From positions 16,299 to 80,298 of the forward strand of contig CAVVMW010000013.1 of assembly GCA_963749495.1 (NCBI GenBank): 64,000 nucleotides of DNA, read 5' to 3'. Shown piece by piece: positions 21,988-37,625 of the stretch. The notes below the pieces were generated by a model. It searched no databases and was not told the origin of the DNA. It saw only the letters and a list, made by a program, of their open reading frames with translations. The first letter of the stretch is position 1. The number at the start of each line of letters is the position of its first letter. This DNA comes from an uncultured bacterium (GTDB taxonomy: Bacteria > Verrucomicrobiota > Verrucomicrobiia > Limisphaerales > UBA8199). A program made the position numbers and the translations under genes.

Positions 21988-24900
21988 CTAGTTCACGGCG
22001 GTGATCTTGCCGCTCACGCGGAAGTAGTCAAAATCCACGGAGCCGCCCGCGATCTTGGTCGCGTAGTTGAGCAACGCGAAGCGGTAGCCCATGAAATGGG
22101 GGAGGGTATAAGTCATTTGCAAGGGCTTTCCGATGGCGGTCCACTTGTTGCCGTCAAGGCTATAGAAGAAGTACGCTTTGTCCGTCCGGTTCTTGAAGTC
22201 GCAGTCCAGCTTCAGGAAGACAGTGTTCCCGGCCAGCGGGACGCTTTCCACCTCGACCGGAGAGTTGGACTCGGCGCTGACCATGGCGATCAACTTTGCC
22301 TCGCCGGCCATTTTCACCCCCACGAAGCCGTACTTCTTCTGCAACGCAGCGAGCCCGGCGAAATCCCCGTCCTTCATGTGGCTCACGTCAATGGCGATCG
22401 TCCCGGAGCACTCCGGGCCGAAGGTGCGCTGGGTGAGAGAGTTTCGGGCGTGGACGAGATCGGCGTCCACTCTGCCGGTGATCAGGCGCAGAAAGCCGGG
22501 ACGCTGGCTGAGGGACCAATACTTGTTGTCCGGGTTATGGTTCCATTGCCACGCCGGCGGAAGCGCGGGTTGACCGGGGCTTCGGTCGAAATCATCGGAA
22601 GCCACGATGTTGCCGAGCCCGCCCGGCCCCGCGGGAATCTTCAAAGTCGTCGGCACCTTGGCGTCAACGCCCATGACCGGCCAGCCGTCCTCCCATTTGA
22701 CGGGAACCAGGAAGGGAGTGCGGCCAACCGCTCCGTGGTCTTGAAACAGCAGTGCGTGCCAATCCCCTTGGGGTGTGTCGATCAAACCTCCCTGCGCCAC
22801 TCCCGCATCGCGCAAGGCGACTCGGCCTTCATAGGGACCGGTCAATTTGTCGGACCGGTGTACGAGTTGCGTGCGCATCCCTCCCCTGGGCCAGGTGATG
22901 TTGCACAGGTAATACTGGCCGTTGATCTTGCGCATGTGGGATCCTTCTGCGGGCAGACCGACGTTGGATCCCGCCACCCGGCTGGCGTTGGTGATGATCA
23001 CCTGGTCCACGCCGCCCGGCTTGATCCCTGAAGTGTTGAGCGTGACCTTGGCGGCATTGGCCAGCTCGGGGCTGCTGCGCGGCGTGATCTGCGCGCTGGG
23101 GAACAGCCCGTAGAGGTGAGAAATGTGGCGGTGTTGCTGTTCCGGCGCTTTGGCATCCCAGTCCTCCAGCCATTCCTGCAATTGCCCCCTGGCTCCGATT
23201 TGATTCGGCGCCAACCGCGCTCGGGCCGTGCCGAGTTGACTTCGGAATTCGGCGTCCGTGCCGAGGATTTCCGAGGCCTCGATGCAATTGGAAAACAGAT
23301 CGCGCAGGATCTGAGAATCCATGGTTGGACCGGCGCAGATTGCGGTCCGGAAGGGATGCTGGTTTTCCGGCGACAGAGACGGATTAGTGACGAGCCACTT
23401 GTGTGTGGGCTCTTCCATTAACGTGTCGAGGAAGAACTGGGCCGCGCCGCGCATCAGCGGATAAACCTGCTTCAGATAAGCCTGGTCGCGGCCGAATTGA
23501 TAATGATCCCAGAGCGCCAGGCACAACCACGCGCCGCCGCAGGGCCACATTCCCCAGTCCGGCCCGTCGATGGGACCCGTGGCCCGCCACAGATCGGTGT
23601 TGTGATGCGCCACCCAGCCGCGGGCGCCGTACATTTCCTTCGCGGTGCGTGCGCCCGTTTCGGCGAGATCGCGCACCATGGCCGCGAGCGGTTCAACGCA
23701 CTCGCCCAAATTGCACGACTCCGCCGGCCAATAGTTCATCTCAGTGTTGATATTGATCGTGTATTTGCTTCCCCAAGGCGGGTTCATACCTTCGTTCCAC
23801 AGGCCCTGGAGATTGGCCGGTTGCCCGCCCGGCCGCGAGCTGCCGAGGAGCAGATAGCGCCCGAACTGAAAATAAAGCGCCGCAAACTGGGGATCGTTCC
23901 CATTGTGGAAATTCCGGATGCGCTCGTCGGTCGGCAGTTTGCTGGCTTCGCTGCTGCCCAGTTGAAGCGAGACGCGGCGGAAAAGCCGCTGGTGCTCCTG
24001 GATATGCGCGCCGAGAAGGGCGCTGAAGGCCTTGCCCTCGGCAGCCGCGATTTGGGCTTTGACCACCGCCTCCGGATCACCGCTCACGTCCTGAAAGTTC
24101 CGGTAGCTCGTCGCCGCCGCGATCAGGATGGTCGCCGAATCGGCATGGGCAACGGCAACCGAATTGGACGCTGTGCTCACCGTCCCGCCGTCGGCCAGCA
24201 CCCGGACCCGCACCTGGAACTTGAGGGCGGCCCGGATTCCTTGCGAACTCCCGTTGACGCCCCGCATGACCAGCGTGTGTCCTGATTCTGTTTCGACCGA
24301 GCCCTTTTGGGGCGATTTCAGTTCGGCGGCGAATGAAATCGCGCCCTTCTGGTCGGCCGTGAGGCGGACAACGATGACTTGATCCACCGGACTGGCAAAG
24401 ACCTGTCGCGAAAACCCCGTACTGTTGGCGTTGTACTCGACGGTGGCCACAGCCGTATCCAGGTTGAGATCGCGCCGGTAATTCTCCACGGAACTCGACT
24501 CGGGAAACGTGAGCATCAAGTCACCCGCTGTTTGATACGGCATCTGGCCCAAGGGTTTGGACATCACTCGTGCGCTGATGAGCCTTGCGGCTTCTGAGTA
24601 TTTGCCTTCGAAAACCAACCGGCGCGCTTCCGGCAAAGCCTCCCGAGCTTGCGGATTGACCGGATCATAGGGTCCTCCCGGCCAAAGCGTCTCCTCATTT
24701 AACTGGAGGCGCTCCCGGTTCATGCCGCCAAAAACCATCGCGCCAATTCGTCCGTTGCCAACGGCCAGCGCCTCCACCCACTTTGCCGCCGGCTGGCGGT
24801 ACCACAGACTGAGGCGCTCGCCGGGCGCGGATGCGTTTCCGGTTAACTGTGGCTCCGCGGCGAACAATGCGACCGGGCAATCAAGGAGAATCACGGCGCA

Positions 24901-25035
24901 TATGAGTTGGCGGAAGCAGATATTCACCTCACGATAATTTGGGCCTTCTTGCCAGGGGTGGACAGAAGAACACCGCAGGCCGATGGTGCGGGCAAAGGCA
25001 ACAGATTGGGCGAGGATGGAGGAGGAGATTTTCAT
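21988..25035 (-). CDS. In-frame chimera: C-terminally truncated GH95 fused at ~23030 to the C-terminal half of a GH43 beta-xylosidase
   Basis: GH95 motifs run to HRHISHL...AAKVTLN; then GH43 AEGSHMRKINGQYY, QGGLIDTP, VGRTPFL, WQWNHNP, HFMGYRF. Confidence 0.8.
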   Translation of the reverse strand: MKISSSILAQSVAFARTIGLRCSSVHPWQEGPNYREVNICFRQLICAVILLDCPVALFAAEPQLTGNASAPGERLSLWYRQPAAKWVEALAVGNGRIGAMVFGGMNRERLQLNEETLWPGGPYDPVNPQAREALPEARRLVFEGKYSEAARLISARVMSKPLGQMPYQTAGDLMLTFPESSSVENYRRDLNLDTAVATVEYNANSTGFSRQVFASPVDQVIVVRLTADQKGAISFAAELKSPQKGSVETESGHTLVMRGVNGSSQGIRAALKFQVRVRVLADGGTVSTASNSVAVAHADSATILIAAATSYRNFQDVSGDPEAVVKAQIAAAEGKAFSALLGAHIQEHQRLFRRVSLQLGSSEASKLPTDERIRNFHNGNDPQFAALYFQFGRYLLLGSSRPGGQPANLQGLWNEGMNPPWGSKYTININTEMNYWPAESCNLGECVEPLAAMVRDLAETGARTAKEMYGARGWVAHHNTDLWRATGPIDGPDWGMWPCGGAWLCLALWDHYQFGRDQAYLKQVYPLMRGAAQFFLDTLMEEPTHKWLVTNPSLSPENQHPFRTAICAGPTMDSQILRDLFSNCIEASEILGTDAEFRSQLGTARARLAPNQIGARGQLQEWLEDWDAKAPEQQHRHISHLYGLFPSAQITPRSSPELANAAKVTLNTSGIKPGGVDQVIITNASRVAGSNVGLPAEGSHMRKINGQYYLCNITWPRGGMRTQLVHRSDKLTGPYEGRVALRDAGVAQGGLIDTPQGDWHALLFQDHGAVGRTPFLVPVKWEDGWPVMGVDAKVPTTLKIPAGPGGLGNIVASDDFDRSPGQPALPPAWQWNHNPDNKYWSLSQRPGFLRLITGRVDADLVHARNSLTQRTFGPECSGTIAIDVSHMKDGDFAGLAALQKKYGFVGVKMAGEAKLIAMVSAESNSPVEVESVPLAGNTVFLKLDCDFKNRTDKAYFFYSLDGNKWTAIGKPLQMTYTLPHFMGYRFALLNYATKIAGGSVDFDYFRVSGKITAVN

Positions 25036-25089
25036 GCGTGAGTTACTTCTGATAGATATTGCGCACTGCCGCGAGAACATTCCTCAGTC

Positions 25090-25785
25090 CTATGGACGAG
25101 AGCCTTCTGCGTTACCGTGTGCTCCGGCAACGGATGCCTTGCCGGTGGCGAAGGCCATACCGGCGTATTGGTCGTACCAGTTGGCCATCTTGATGATGAC
25201 CTTGCACTTCGGGTTCACCGCTTTCGCGGGTTTGACGATGAGGTTCTCCGCAACCTCGCGCATGGTCTCGAGGCGGTACTGGGTCCAGGATTTCTTGCCT
25301 TTGGCTTTGATGTCGTAGTCGGTTTTACGGTCAAAGAAGTAATAATCGTCGAGCAGGATTTCGTCGAAATGGCGGGCGGCCATTTCGACGGCTTTGCGGG
25401 CGAATTGGCGGTTTTCCGGATCGGCGTAGTCAAAGCCCTGGTAGCCATTGGCTTCGCTGATGCTATAGGCCAGGCCGCCGCAAACCTGCACGCCCTGGTC
25501 CTGGTAGAACTTCTTGAGTTTTTCCAGGCCGGCTTCATCGACGAGCCTGTGGTTGCGCATGACCTCGAGATAGATTTTGTCGATCTTGAGATTGCGCGTC
25601 AGGTTAGACCAGGACCCGGCGGGATCGGGATTGCCGTTCATGAGGCCCTGCACCGTTCCCTGTATCACATAGGTCGAGACGATGAAACTTCTGTAGTGGT
25701 TCTGGTCCCGAGCCGGGACGGCCCGTGTTCCGATAGCCAGAAGAACGGCCGGAAGAATGGGGAACGGTCTTGCGTGCTTTTTCAT
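25090..25785 (-). pseudogene. Secreted TIM-barrel-like hypothetical protein, C-terminally truncated
   Basis: Signal peptide; DKIYLE, FDEILLDDYYFF, VNPKCKVIIKMANWY, then an unrelated short tail. Confidence 0.5.
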
Positions 25786-25922
25786 AATGACCTGTCAAAC
25801 GAAGAGGCTATCGTTTCTTCATTCGTTGAGTCGAGGGTTCTCGGCGTGCGTCAATTTCTTAGTGTTTCGTCGGAAACTCGTGGAGGCTTACGCTAAGGCG
25901 CGGCAGGGCAAGCGAATCGGGG

Positions 25923-26003
25923 ACTGCTGTAGATGAGGTTCCCGATGTGTTCGAGGAACTGGCCGGAAACGTATGGCGAAATCGGTGGACCTGTCTTGGA
26001 AGC
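25923..26003 (-). pseudogene. Short N-terminal fragment of another GH51 arabinofuranosidase
   Basis: Minus frame ASKTGPPISPYVSGQFLEHIGNLIYSS resembles the GH51 ISPxxYGxFxEH motif. Confidence 0.6.
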
Positions 26004-26006
26004 GCG

Positions 26007-29711
<3,705 letters not shown>

Positions 29712-31166
29712 CTAATTTTGAGGATGGACCCGGTAGAGGCCGGCCCCGTGCGAATTAACGGTCTGGATGAGCTTGTCAGTGACGGGGCCAAGGTCTTTGT
29801 GATTCCAAAGGTTGCGGAGCTTGGCCGGTCCGGCCACACCGATGTCCACAAGGGAGACTGAAATGTCCCTGGGTTCGGTCGCTCCCAGGTCCTGGGCCGG
29901 CGCGTTTGTTGGAGACGGGGCTGTTCCACCCGGCCCACCGAAGCCGCCTCGACCGCGCCGTCCGCCTCCCACTGGCACTGGGGCCGTATTGAAAAGCGCG
30001 ATGTACTTGTCCTTCGATCCGGGAACGTCCGCAACCCAGGCGACCGCGTTGTTGGTGTTGAAGAGTTGACGGTTGTTCGTGGAGTTCTGGCTTACCGCGA
30101 GCGCTTCGTCGTTGGTGAGGAGCGCGAGCGTGAACTCATCGTTCTTCGGCAGGTTGCCTCCGAGGATCAATGGCGAGCGAGCGATGCACCACAGAGTCAT
30201 CAGCGTGAACTGCTCGTCCTTTGTGAAGTGCGTCCAGTTGTCCGTCGTCTGCCAGGCTCGAGCGTTGCCCAGCGGCAGCATGTCTGCATCGGGCCAGTGC
30301 CCGGGGCCGCGGAAGGGCGACCAACTGTCCAACCGTGCGAACTGGGCGTAGAGCGCGCGCCAGTTGTCCCAAAAATCGCCGCTGATCCGCCAAAGGTTCG
30401 CGTGCGTCTGGATGTGTTCGCCTTGGTTCAGGGGCGTGGCGCCCGGCGAAGTCGAGAGGACGATCGGCCGACCCGACCGGTCAATCGCCTTGCGGATGGC
30501 TTCGATCTCGTCCTTGTGATACGGCGCGGAGAGATCGTCCACCTTCACGTAATCCAGATCCCACGAGGCCAGCAGCGCGAAAACCGAGTCGTAGTACTCC
30601 TGCGCCCCGGGCCTGGTCATGTCCACGCCGTACATGTCGGTGTTCCAAAGGCAGGTGGAACCCTTCTTGGCGATGTCGGCGGCTTTGCAGGGCATTCCGA
30701 GGATCGGCGAATTGTCCCGGTCCACGGCCTGACGCGGAATCCCGCGCATCAAGTGCAGGCCGAACCTCAGGCCTTTCGCGTGCAAATAATCCGCGATGGG
30801 CTTGCACGAGCGCGTCGCCGCCGCCATCGGGAAACGATTCGTTGCCGGGAGCAATCGTCCGTTGGCATCCATTTCCAGCACGGCCCCGCGGCGATACTGG
30901 GTCGTGTGCGCGAGCGGCTCGTACCACTGGATGTCAATCGTGATGATGTCCCACCCGTGCGGTTTGAGCTGCCGCGCCATGTAATCGGCGTTGGCGATCA
31001 CGTTCGATTCCCAGACGCCCGCGCCGTAGCAGTCCCAGGAGTTCCAGCCCATCGGCGGTGTCTTTGCCCAAGACCAGAAGGTTGGTTCGGCGGCGGTTGC
31101 GGTTAGCCATCCCCCCAGCAATCCCGCCAGGGCGAGTATCAAGTTGAGCGCGAAGATTGGTTTCAA
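29712..31166 (-). CDS. Secreted GH27 alpha-galactosidase/beta-L-arabinopyranosidase
   Basis: TPPMGWNSWD, IDIQW, DYVKVDD, WRISGDFWD, WPDADML; TTG start with GAGG upstream. Confidence 0.88.
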   Translation of the reverse strand: MKPIFALNLILALAGLLGGWLTATAAEPTFWSWAKTPPMGWNSWDCYGAGVWESNVIANADYMARQLKPHGWDIITIDIQWYEPLAHTTQYRRGAVLEMDANGRLLPATNRFPMAAATRSCKPIADYLHAKGLRFGLHLMRGIPRQAVDRDNSPILGMPCKAADIAKKGSTCLWNTDMYGVDMTRPGAQEYYDSVFALLASWDLDYVKVDDLSAPYHKDEIEAIRKAIDRSGRPIVLSTSPGATPLNQGEHIQTHANLWRISGDFWDNWRALYAQFARLDSWSPFRGPGHWPDADMLPLGNARAWQTTDNWTHFTKDEQFTLMTLWCIARSPLILGGNLPKNDEFTLALLTNDEALAVSQNSTNNRQLFNTNNAVAWVADVPGSKDKYIALFNTAPVPVGGGRRGRGGFGGPGGTAPSPTNAPAQDLGATEPRDISVSLVDIGVAGPAKLRNLWNHKDLGPVTDKLIQTVNSHGAGLYRVHPQN

Positions 31167-31374
31167 GTTTCCTCTAAATGGTGCGATTGGTCAGCGGGAA
31201 CAATTCGGATGCGGTGAGATCCGAATGACGGGCCTTGTCCAAGACAAACCGGCAGGCCCCAGGGTGTGAAGGGTTGGGCAGGACATAGGCGCCGAATTTC
31301 TCCCAAACCGACATTGCACCCTGTTGAACAACGCCTTCGGCCTCGGTTACCTGAATATTGTGGTTCAAGAACCG

Positions 31375-33125
<1,751 letters not shown>

Positions 33126-33155
33126 ATGATTGAGGTTCAGGGTTTGGCATTCATG

Positions 33156-34793
33156 TTACATGTCGGACTCGGGTTTCCCCTCCGTATAGAGCTTGTGGAC
33201 TTCAGCGTCACTCAGAGCACGACTGAACAGCTCAAACTCATCCAGGGACCCGCTCAGATTTCGGATAAGGGAAGGGGCGGGGTTCGGCCCGCTGCGTGCG
33301 TTCCAGTTGCCCAGCTCGGCTGAACCGAGGCGAAAAGGCGGACCCAGTTTCAGCGTATGGTGAGAGACTGGGAAACCGTTGACGTACTGGACCGCCTGCC
33401 TGGCCTTGCCATCGAGGACCACGGCTAGATGTAGCCACATTCCGAGTTTGTCAACCGTGAGCACGGGAGAGCTCGCTAGAATCTGGAATTTCCCAGAGGC
33501 CGGGCCGATCACCGTTAGGCCCAGAACGCCATCGTTGCGTATCAGCCAGTGAATCGTGCCGGGCTCGAATCCATCGCACATGAAGAGCGAGTTGAATTGC
33601 CGATCCAGTCCCTTTACGCACACCCAAGCCGAAAGGGTCAAGGCCTGGAAGTCTCCGGGCACGGCCAAGCGCACGCGGTCGTTGACACTTTGGAATTCCA
33701 GAGCCTGCTTCTCCCGCCACCGGCCTTCCGCGCGTTGGCAGCCGACCATGGTCGCATCTGGCACGGGCCTGTTCTTTCCGGCAGCGTTACGCAGCGTCCA
33801 ATCCGAGTCGCTGAGGCTCTCGAAATCCAAATGCACAACCAATGAGGGGTCCTGATTGAGCCGCGCACTTGTGACCCGCCACTGGTCATAGCGGACAGCC
33901 TCTGCGGCCAGAGACCGCGTCTGAAGCTCGAACATCGAGGCGAATGCCTCTGTGCTCGCAGCCATGAGCCGCGGTGGCGCGCTCCCCTGGACCACGGCCG
34001 CCCGCCCCTCGCCCAGTGACTGCTTTGCCAGGGTCCCGGTAAAAAACTCCACCGCACCTTTGAAAACGTGAACTTCAGTCTGGCCACGGGTGGCATCAAT
34101 GCCGAAGGCAGTCCCGCGATCCACAACGTTGATTTGGGCGGTTTTCACGTGGAATCCACGCGCTGGCTGGGGCACCTCAGCCAACAACCGTCCCGCCGGA
34201 CAAACCGCCTCCGTCGGTGAAATGAGCTGTAGTTCCGTCGGTCCCTCGATTACCACCCGCGCACCGCTATAAAAGACCACTTGCGCCAGGCCGGACTCGA
34301 GTCGAAGCCAGCCCGGTTCCAAGGCACCGCCCACCCGCAACGGTCGCGTGTTCCGGCTCCAGCGGGCGTCCAAGGCACGGGTTAACATGGCAACGGCGGT
34401 GCTGGTGGCTCCATTCCTCGTCGCGAGCCGTCTGAACCACAAGCCCCAAACGCCCGTCGCGAGCACGGCGAAGCAGGCCGCCAGCGCCAGCGCTCGCCCC
34501 AGCCTCCTTTTGGGCCTCGGCGCCTCCGGTTTCGAAGGAGAAATCCTGCACCGGTCACCCAGGCTGAGGTTGGACATGGCAGCACCGGCAGGCGCCTCCG
34601 CCGACTCGGAAAAAAGGTCCGGCTCGGACGCCAGCCGAGCATGCAACTCGACCCGCATCAAATACTCGTCCCGGGCGCCAGAATCGCTCCGCAACAACTC
34701 ATTCAGGGCGCGCATCTCCGCGTCCGCGGCTGAGCCGTGGCACACGGCAGCCACCGCGTCGTCAAACTCGGGAGAGGGGAATGACAGTGTCAT
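33156..34793 (-). CDS. FecR-type anti-sigma factor with C-terminal LamG-like domain
   Basis: N-terminal anti-sigma helix, one TM, LESGLAQV..SGARVVIEGP, VDRGTAFG, VHVFKG, LamG GSLDEFELFSRAL; ATGA overlap with the sigma gene. Confidence 0.85.
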   Translation of the reverse strand: MTLSFPSPEFDDAVAAVCHGSAADAEMRALNELLRSDSGARDEYLMRVELHARLASEPDLFSESAEAPAGAAMSNLSLGDRCRISPSKPEAPRPKRRLGRALALAACFAVLATGVWGLWFRRLATRNGATSTAVAMLTRALDARWSRNTRPLRVGGALEPGWLRLESGLAQVVFYSGARVVIEGPTELQLISPTEAVCPAGRLLAEVPQPARGFHVKTAQINVVDRGTAFGIDATRGQTEVHVFKGAVEFFTGTLAKQSLGEGRAAVVQGSAPPRLMAASTEAFASMFELQTRSLAAEAVRYDQWRVTSARLNQDPSLVVHLDFESLSDSDWTLRNAAGKNRPVPDATMVGCQRAEGRWREKQALEFQSVNDRVRLAVPGDFQALTLSAWVCVKGLDRQFNSLFMCDGFEPGTIHWLIRNDGVLGLTVIGPASGKFQILASSPVLTVDKLGMWLHLAVVLDGKARQAVQYVNGFPVSHHTLKLGPPFRLGSAELGNWNARSGPNPAPSLIRNLSGSLDEFELFSRALSDAEVHKLYTEGKPESDM

Positions 34794-35341
34794 GCCGCCT
34801 CCGGTTTCGTCTGGCTCTGCACGCAAAGTTGGAGCGAGTGCCGGATGCGTTGCAGCATCTTGTAAGTTGCGGCCGTGGTTCTGCCGGAGCGCTCCGCCAG
34901 CTTTTCGATGCCGGCGCGCTCATAGTAATACCCTTCGACAAGAGAGCGCTGCCCTTGCGGCAGCTTGCCGAGGCAACCCTCGAGGTGCTTCAGCCGCAGT
35001 TCAAACTCGGTCTGCAACTCCTGCCGCCGCTGCGCCAGCTCCTCTGCCAGTCCGTGCTCGAGCAGGGCCTGCCAGCGCTGACGCCGCTCGATCCACTGAC
35101 GGGCCTTGTTCAAAGCGAACCGGCATGCCCAGGGTGTGAAGGGCTGGGCAGGATCATAGGCGTAGAACTTCTCCCAAAGCGCCATTGCGGTCTGTTGAAC
35201 AATGTCTTCGGCGTCCGTGACGTTCGGGACCAAGGCGGCCACGTAACGAAAGATCTCGCGTTCGCTGCGCAGGAATAGCGAAAGAAACCGCTGCTGTGCA
35301 GCACCTGAATCATCGAACCGACGCGTTGAATCTGCCGACAT
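34790..35341 (-). CDS. ECF sigma-70 factor (Planctomycete/Verrucomicrobia type)
   Basis: DAEDIVQQT, FTPWACRFA region 2; region 4 LEGCLGKLP...YKMLQRIR. Confidence 0.92.
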   Translation of the reverse strand: MSADSTRRFDDSGAAQQRFLSLFLRSEREIFRYVAALVPNVTDAEDIVQQTAMALWEKFYAYDPAQPFTPWACRFALNKARQWIERRQRWQALLEHGLAEELAQRRQELQTEFELRLKHLEGCLGKLPQGQRSLVEGYYYERAGIEKLAERSGRTTAATYKMLQRIRHSLQLCVQSQTKPEAA

Positions 35342-35358
35342 TCGTCAATCTTTACCAG

Positions 35359-35388
35359 TACTTCCGGCAAACCACGAGTTTTGGACAT
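35359..35388 (-). promoter_or_regulatory. Putative ECF promoter, copy 1 (autoregulatory position)
   Basis: ATGTCCAAAACTCGTGGTTTGCCGGAAGTA, ending 17 nt before the sigma ATG; one of four copies. Confidence 0.65.
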
Positions 35389-35394
35389 CCAATT

Positions 35395-36177
35395 GGGTTC
35401 GATCGTCAATTATCTCACGCGCAGCGCGCTGGCGGTGGCCGCGCCGACATTGATGAACGAGCTGGGCATCACGGCGCGGGAATATTCCTGGATCGTCGGG
35501 ACCTTCCAGGGCGCGATCATGTGTCAACCGGTGTGTGGCTACGTGCTCGACGTGCTCGGGCTGAAGCTCGGTTTCGCGATCTTCGCCGTTGCGTGGTCGC
35601 TCGTGAGCATGGCCCATGGCCTGGCCCACAACTGGCGGGCCTTCGCGGGCCTTCGCGGTCTGCTCGGATTCGCCGAAGGCTGCGCGAATCCTGCCGGAAT
35701 GAAAGCGACGGCGGAATGGTTTCCCGCCAAAGAGCGCGGACTCGCCGGTCGGATGTTCAACATCGGCGCGGAATGCGCCTCATCACGGCGCGTCGCTGCG
35801 CGTTCACTCTGGGCGCCTGCCTGATGACGGGAATGGCGTTCGTCGGTTTTGTGCAGAATCCCTATACGGCCGTGGCGTTGCTCAGTCTCGGCGGTTTTGC
35901 GCACCAAACGCTTTCCGTCACGGTCATCACGATGTCGTCGGATTTGTTCAAGCGAAGTGAAGTCGCGACGGTCACCGGCATGGCAGGCACCTGCGGCAAC
36001 GCGGGGCTGCTGGTTGCCAATCTCATGATCGGCGGGCTCGTCACGACAATTGGCTACACGCCATTCTTCATCGTGTTCGCCGCGCTCGACCTCGTTGGCG
36101 CGGCGCTGCTGTGGGCACTCGTGCGGGAGCGCAACTTTGATCCCGCGCGCTCCGAAGCTGAGGTGAGACACAAATGA
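35395..36177 (+). pseudogene. ExuT-like MFS hexuronate/sugar-acid transporter; N-terminus missing, internal deletion and frame change at ~35770
   Basis: IVNYLTRSALAVAAP, RGLLGFAEG, AEWFPAKERG..FNIGA; second frame FAHQTLSVTVIT, TVTGMAGT. Confidence 0.75.
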
Positions 36178-36870
36178 AGACAAAGTCCAGATCCGGTGAG
36201 GCGGGCAGTCCTCTCCCCACCGCGCGTGCTCAGACCAAGAGTGGCGCGCACGGAGTGACGCGCCCCGCCACCACGCAACAAATACAAAATCCCATCTTGC
36301 GCGGCTTCAATCTCGACCCCTCGATAGTGCGCGTCGGCGACGATTATTACATCGCAACCTCAACGTTCGAGTGGTTTCCCGGCGTGCAGATCCATCACTC
36401 GCTCGATCTGGTCCACTGGCGACTGCTCACACGCCCGCTCAACCGCGCCAGCCAGCTCAACCTGCTCGGCGATCCCGATTCGTGCGGCGTCTGGGCGCCT
36501 TGCCTGACGTACGCGGACGGGTTGTTCTGGCTGGTTTACACCGACGTGAAGCGCTACGGGCGCACCACCGTCGGCGGCGCCAGCGGCGCTTCGTTGCGCG
36601 ACTTTCACAATTACCTTGTCAATTGATTACGAGCGACTCCACTTCGCCTATCGTGTCGAAGGCGCGGACCACGACTGGCGCTGGCTACCGCAACAATTCG
36701 ACGCGAGCATTCTCTCCGACGAAGCCACCGCTCCCGGCCAGCCGAATTTCACCGGCGCATTCGTCGGCATGGCCTGTCAGGATTTGGCCGGAACTTTGCG
36801 TCCCGCGGACTTTGACTTTTTTGAGTACCGGGAGAGAAGCTATCGCGCGAATCCGTTTTCGGCTTCATGA
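36174..36870 (+). pseudogene. GH43 beta-xylosidase (XynB-like) with most of the middle deleted at ~36620
   Basis: [29 protein letters not shown]; then C-terminal DASILSDE, FTGAFVGMACQD, ADFDFFEY in another frame. Confidence 0.85.
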
Positions 36871-37568
36871 TTCGCGATGCCACCCACGCTCAGGGTGAAG
36901 CCCTTCAGCGGTTTATCCTCTCCGTCGAGAAACCGCGCGCAAAAATCGGTGGCTCCGCCGCCGTTGATGACGGCACAGCGCACGACGTTCAGCCCCTTTT
37001 TGAGGGTGAGGCGCTTTGAGACGCCGTCATCGATGACCGTCTGGCGGTCGCCGTAAATGCCGATGACTTCCTGGCCGTTCACCCACCAGACCGAGGCCGC
37101 GTTGGAACCGATGGCGAGGCGCACGCCGGGCATCTCTTGCGGGCAGTTGACGATGGTGACGGCCCAAAACAGCACGTCGGATGTCGGCCTGCCGAGAGCG
37201 TAGGCGAAGTGATAGAGGTTGACGTTGTATCCCTTCGTGTCCACGGCATGCCAGGTGAGTTCCGCGCCGCCGACAGTCACCTTGTCCCCGTCGTGCGGAA
37301 TGACTGTGAGTTGGTTGGTAAAGTACTCCTTCTTAACCGTCGCCTGAATGGCGCTGTCGGTCAGTTGGCCGCTGACGCGGATCGGCTCGAGGATGAGCCA
37401 GCGCTGCATGAAGCCGTCGGCATCGGGGGCCTTTTCGGCCGAGGCAGGACGCGTGAGGGAGGGCGCGGGGCCGCGGGCAGCGTCGCCAGGTGCGGCGGCA
37501 GTCGCAAAAAGCGCCGAGCTGGCAAGGAGAGCCAGTGCCGACAGGAGGATGTTGCGGGTTGTAATCAT
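36840..37568 (-). CDS. Secreted hypothetical beta-sandwich protein of xylan loci
   Basis: Signal peptide; GFMQRWLILEP, RLAIGSN..SVWWVNG, LKKGLNVVR; overlaps the convergent GH43 remnant. Confidence 0.7.
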   Translation of the reverse strand: MITTRNILLSALALLASSALFATAAAPGDAARGPAPSLTRPASAEKAPDADGFMQRWLILEPIRVSGQLTDSAIQATVKKEYFTNQLTVIPHDGDKVTVGGAELTWHAVDTKGYNVNLYHFAYALGRPTSDVLFWAVTIVNCPQEMPGVRLAIGSNAASVWWVNGQEVIGIYGDRQTVIDDGVSKRLTLKKGLNVVRCAVINGGGATDFCARFLDGEDKPLKGFTLSVGGIANHEAENGFAR

Positions 37569-37625
37569 GGGAGGCCCTTTGCTGAATTTTCGATTTCTCA
37601 AGGTTAATTTCCGATCTTCGATTTA

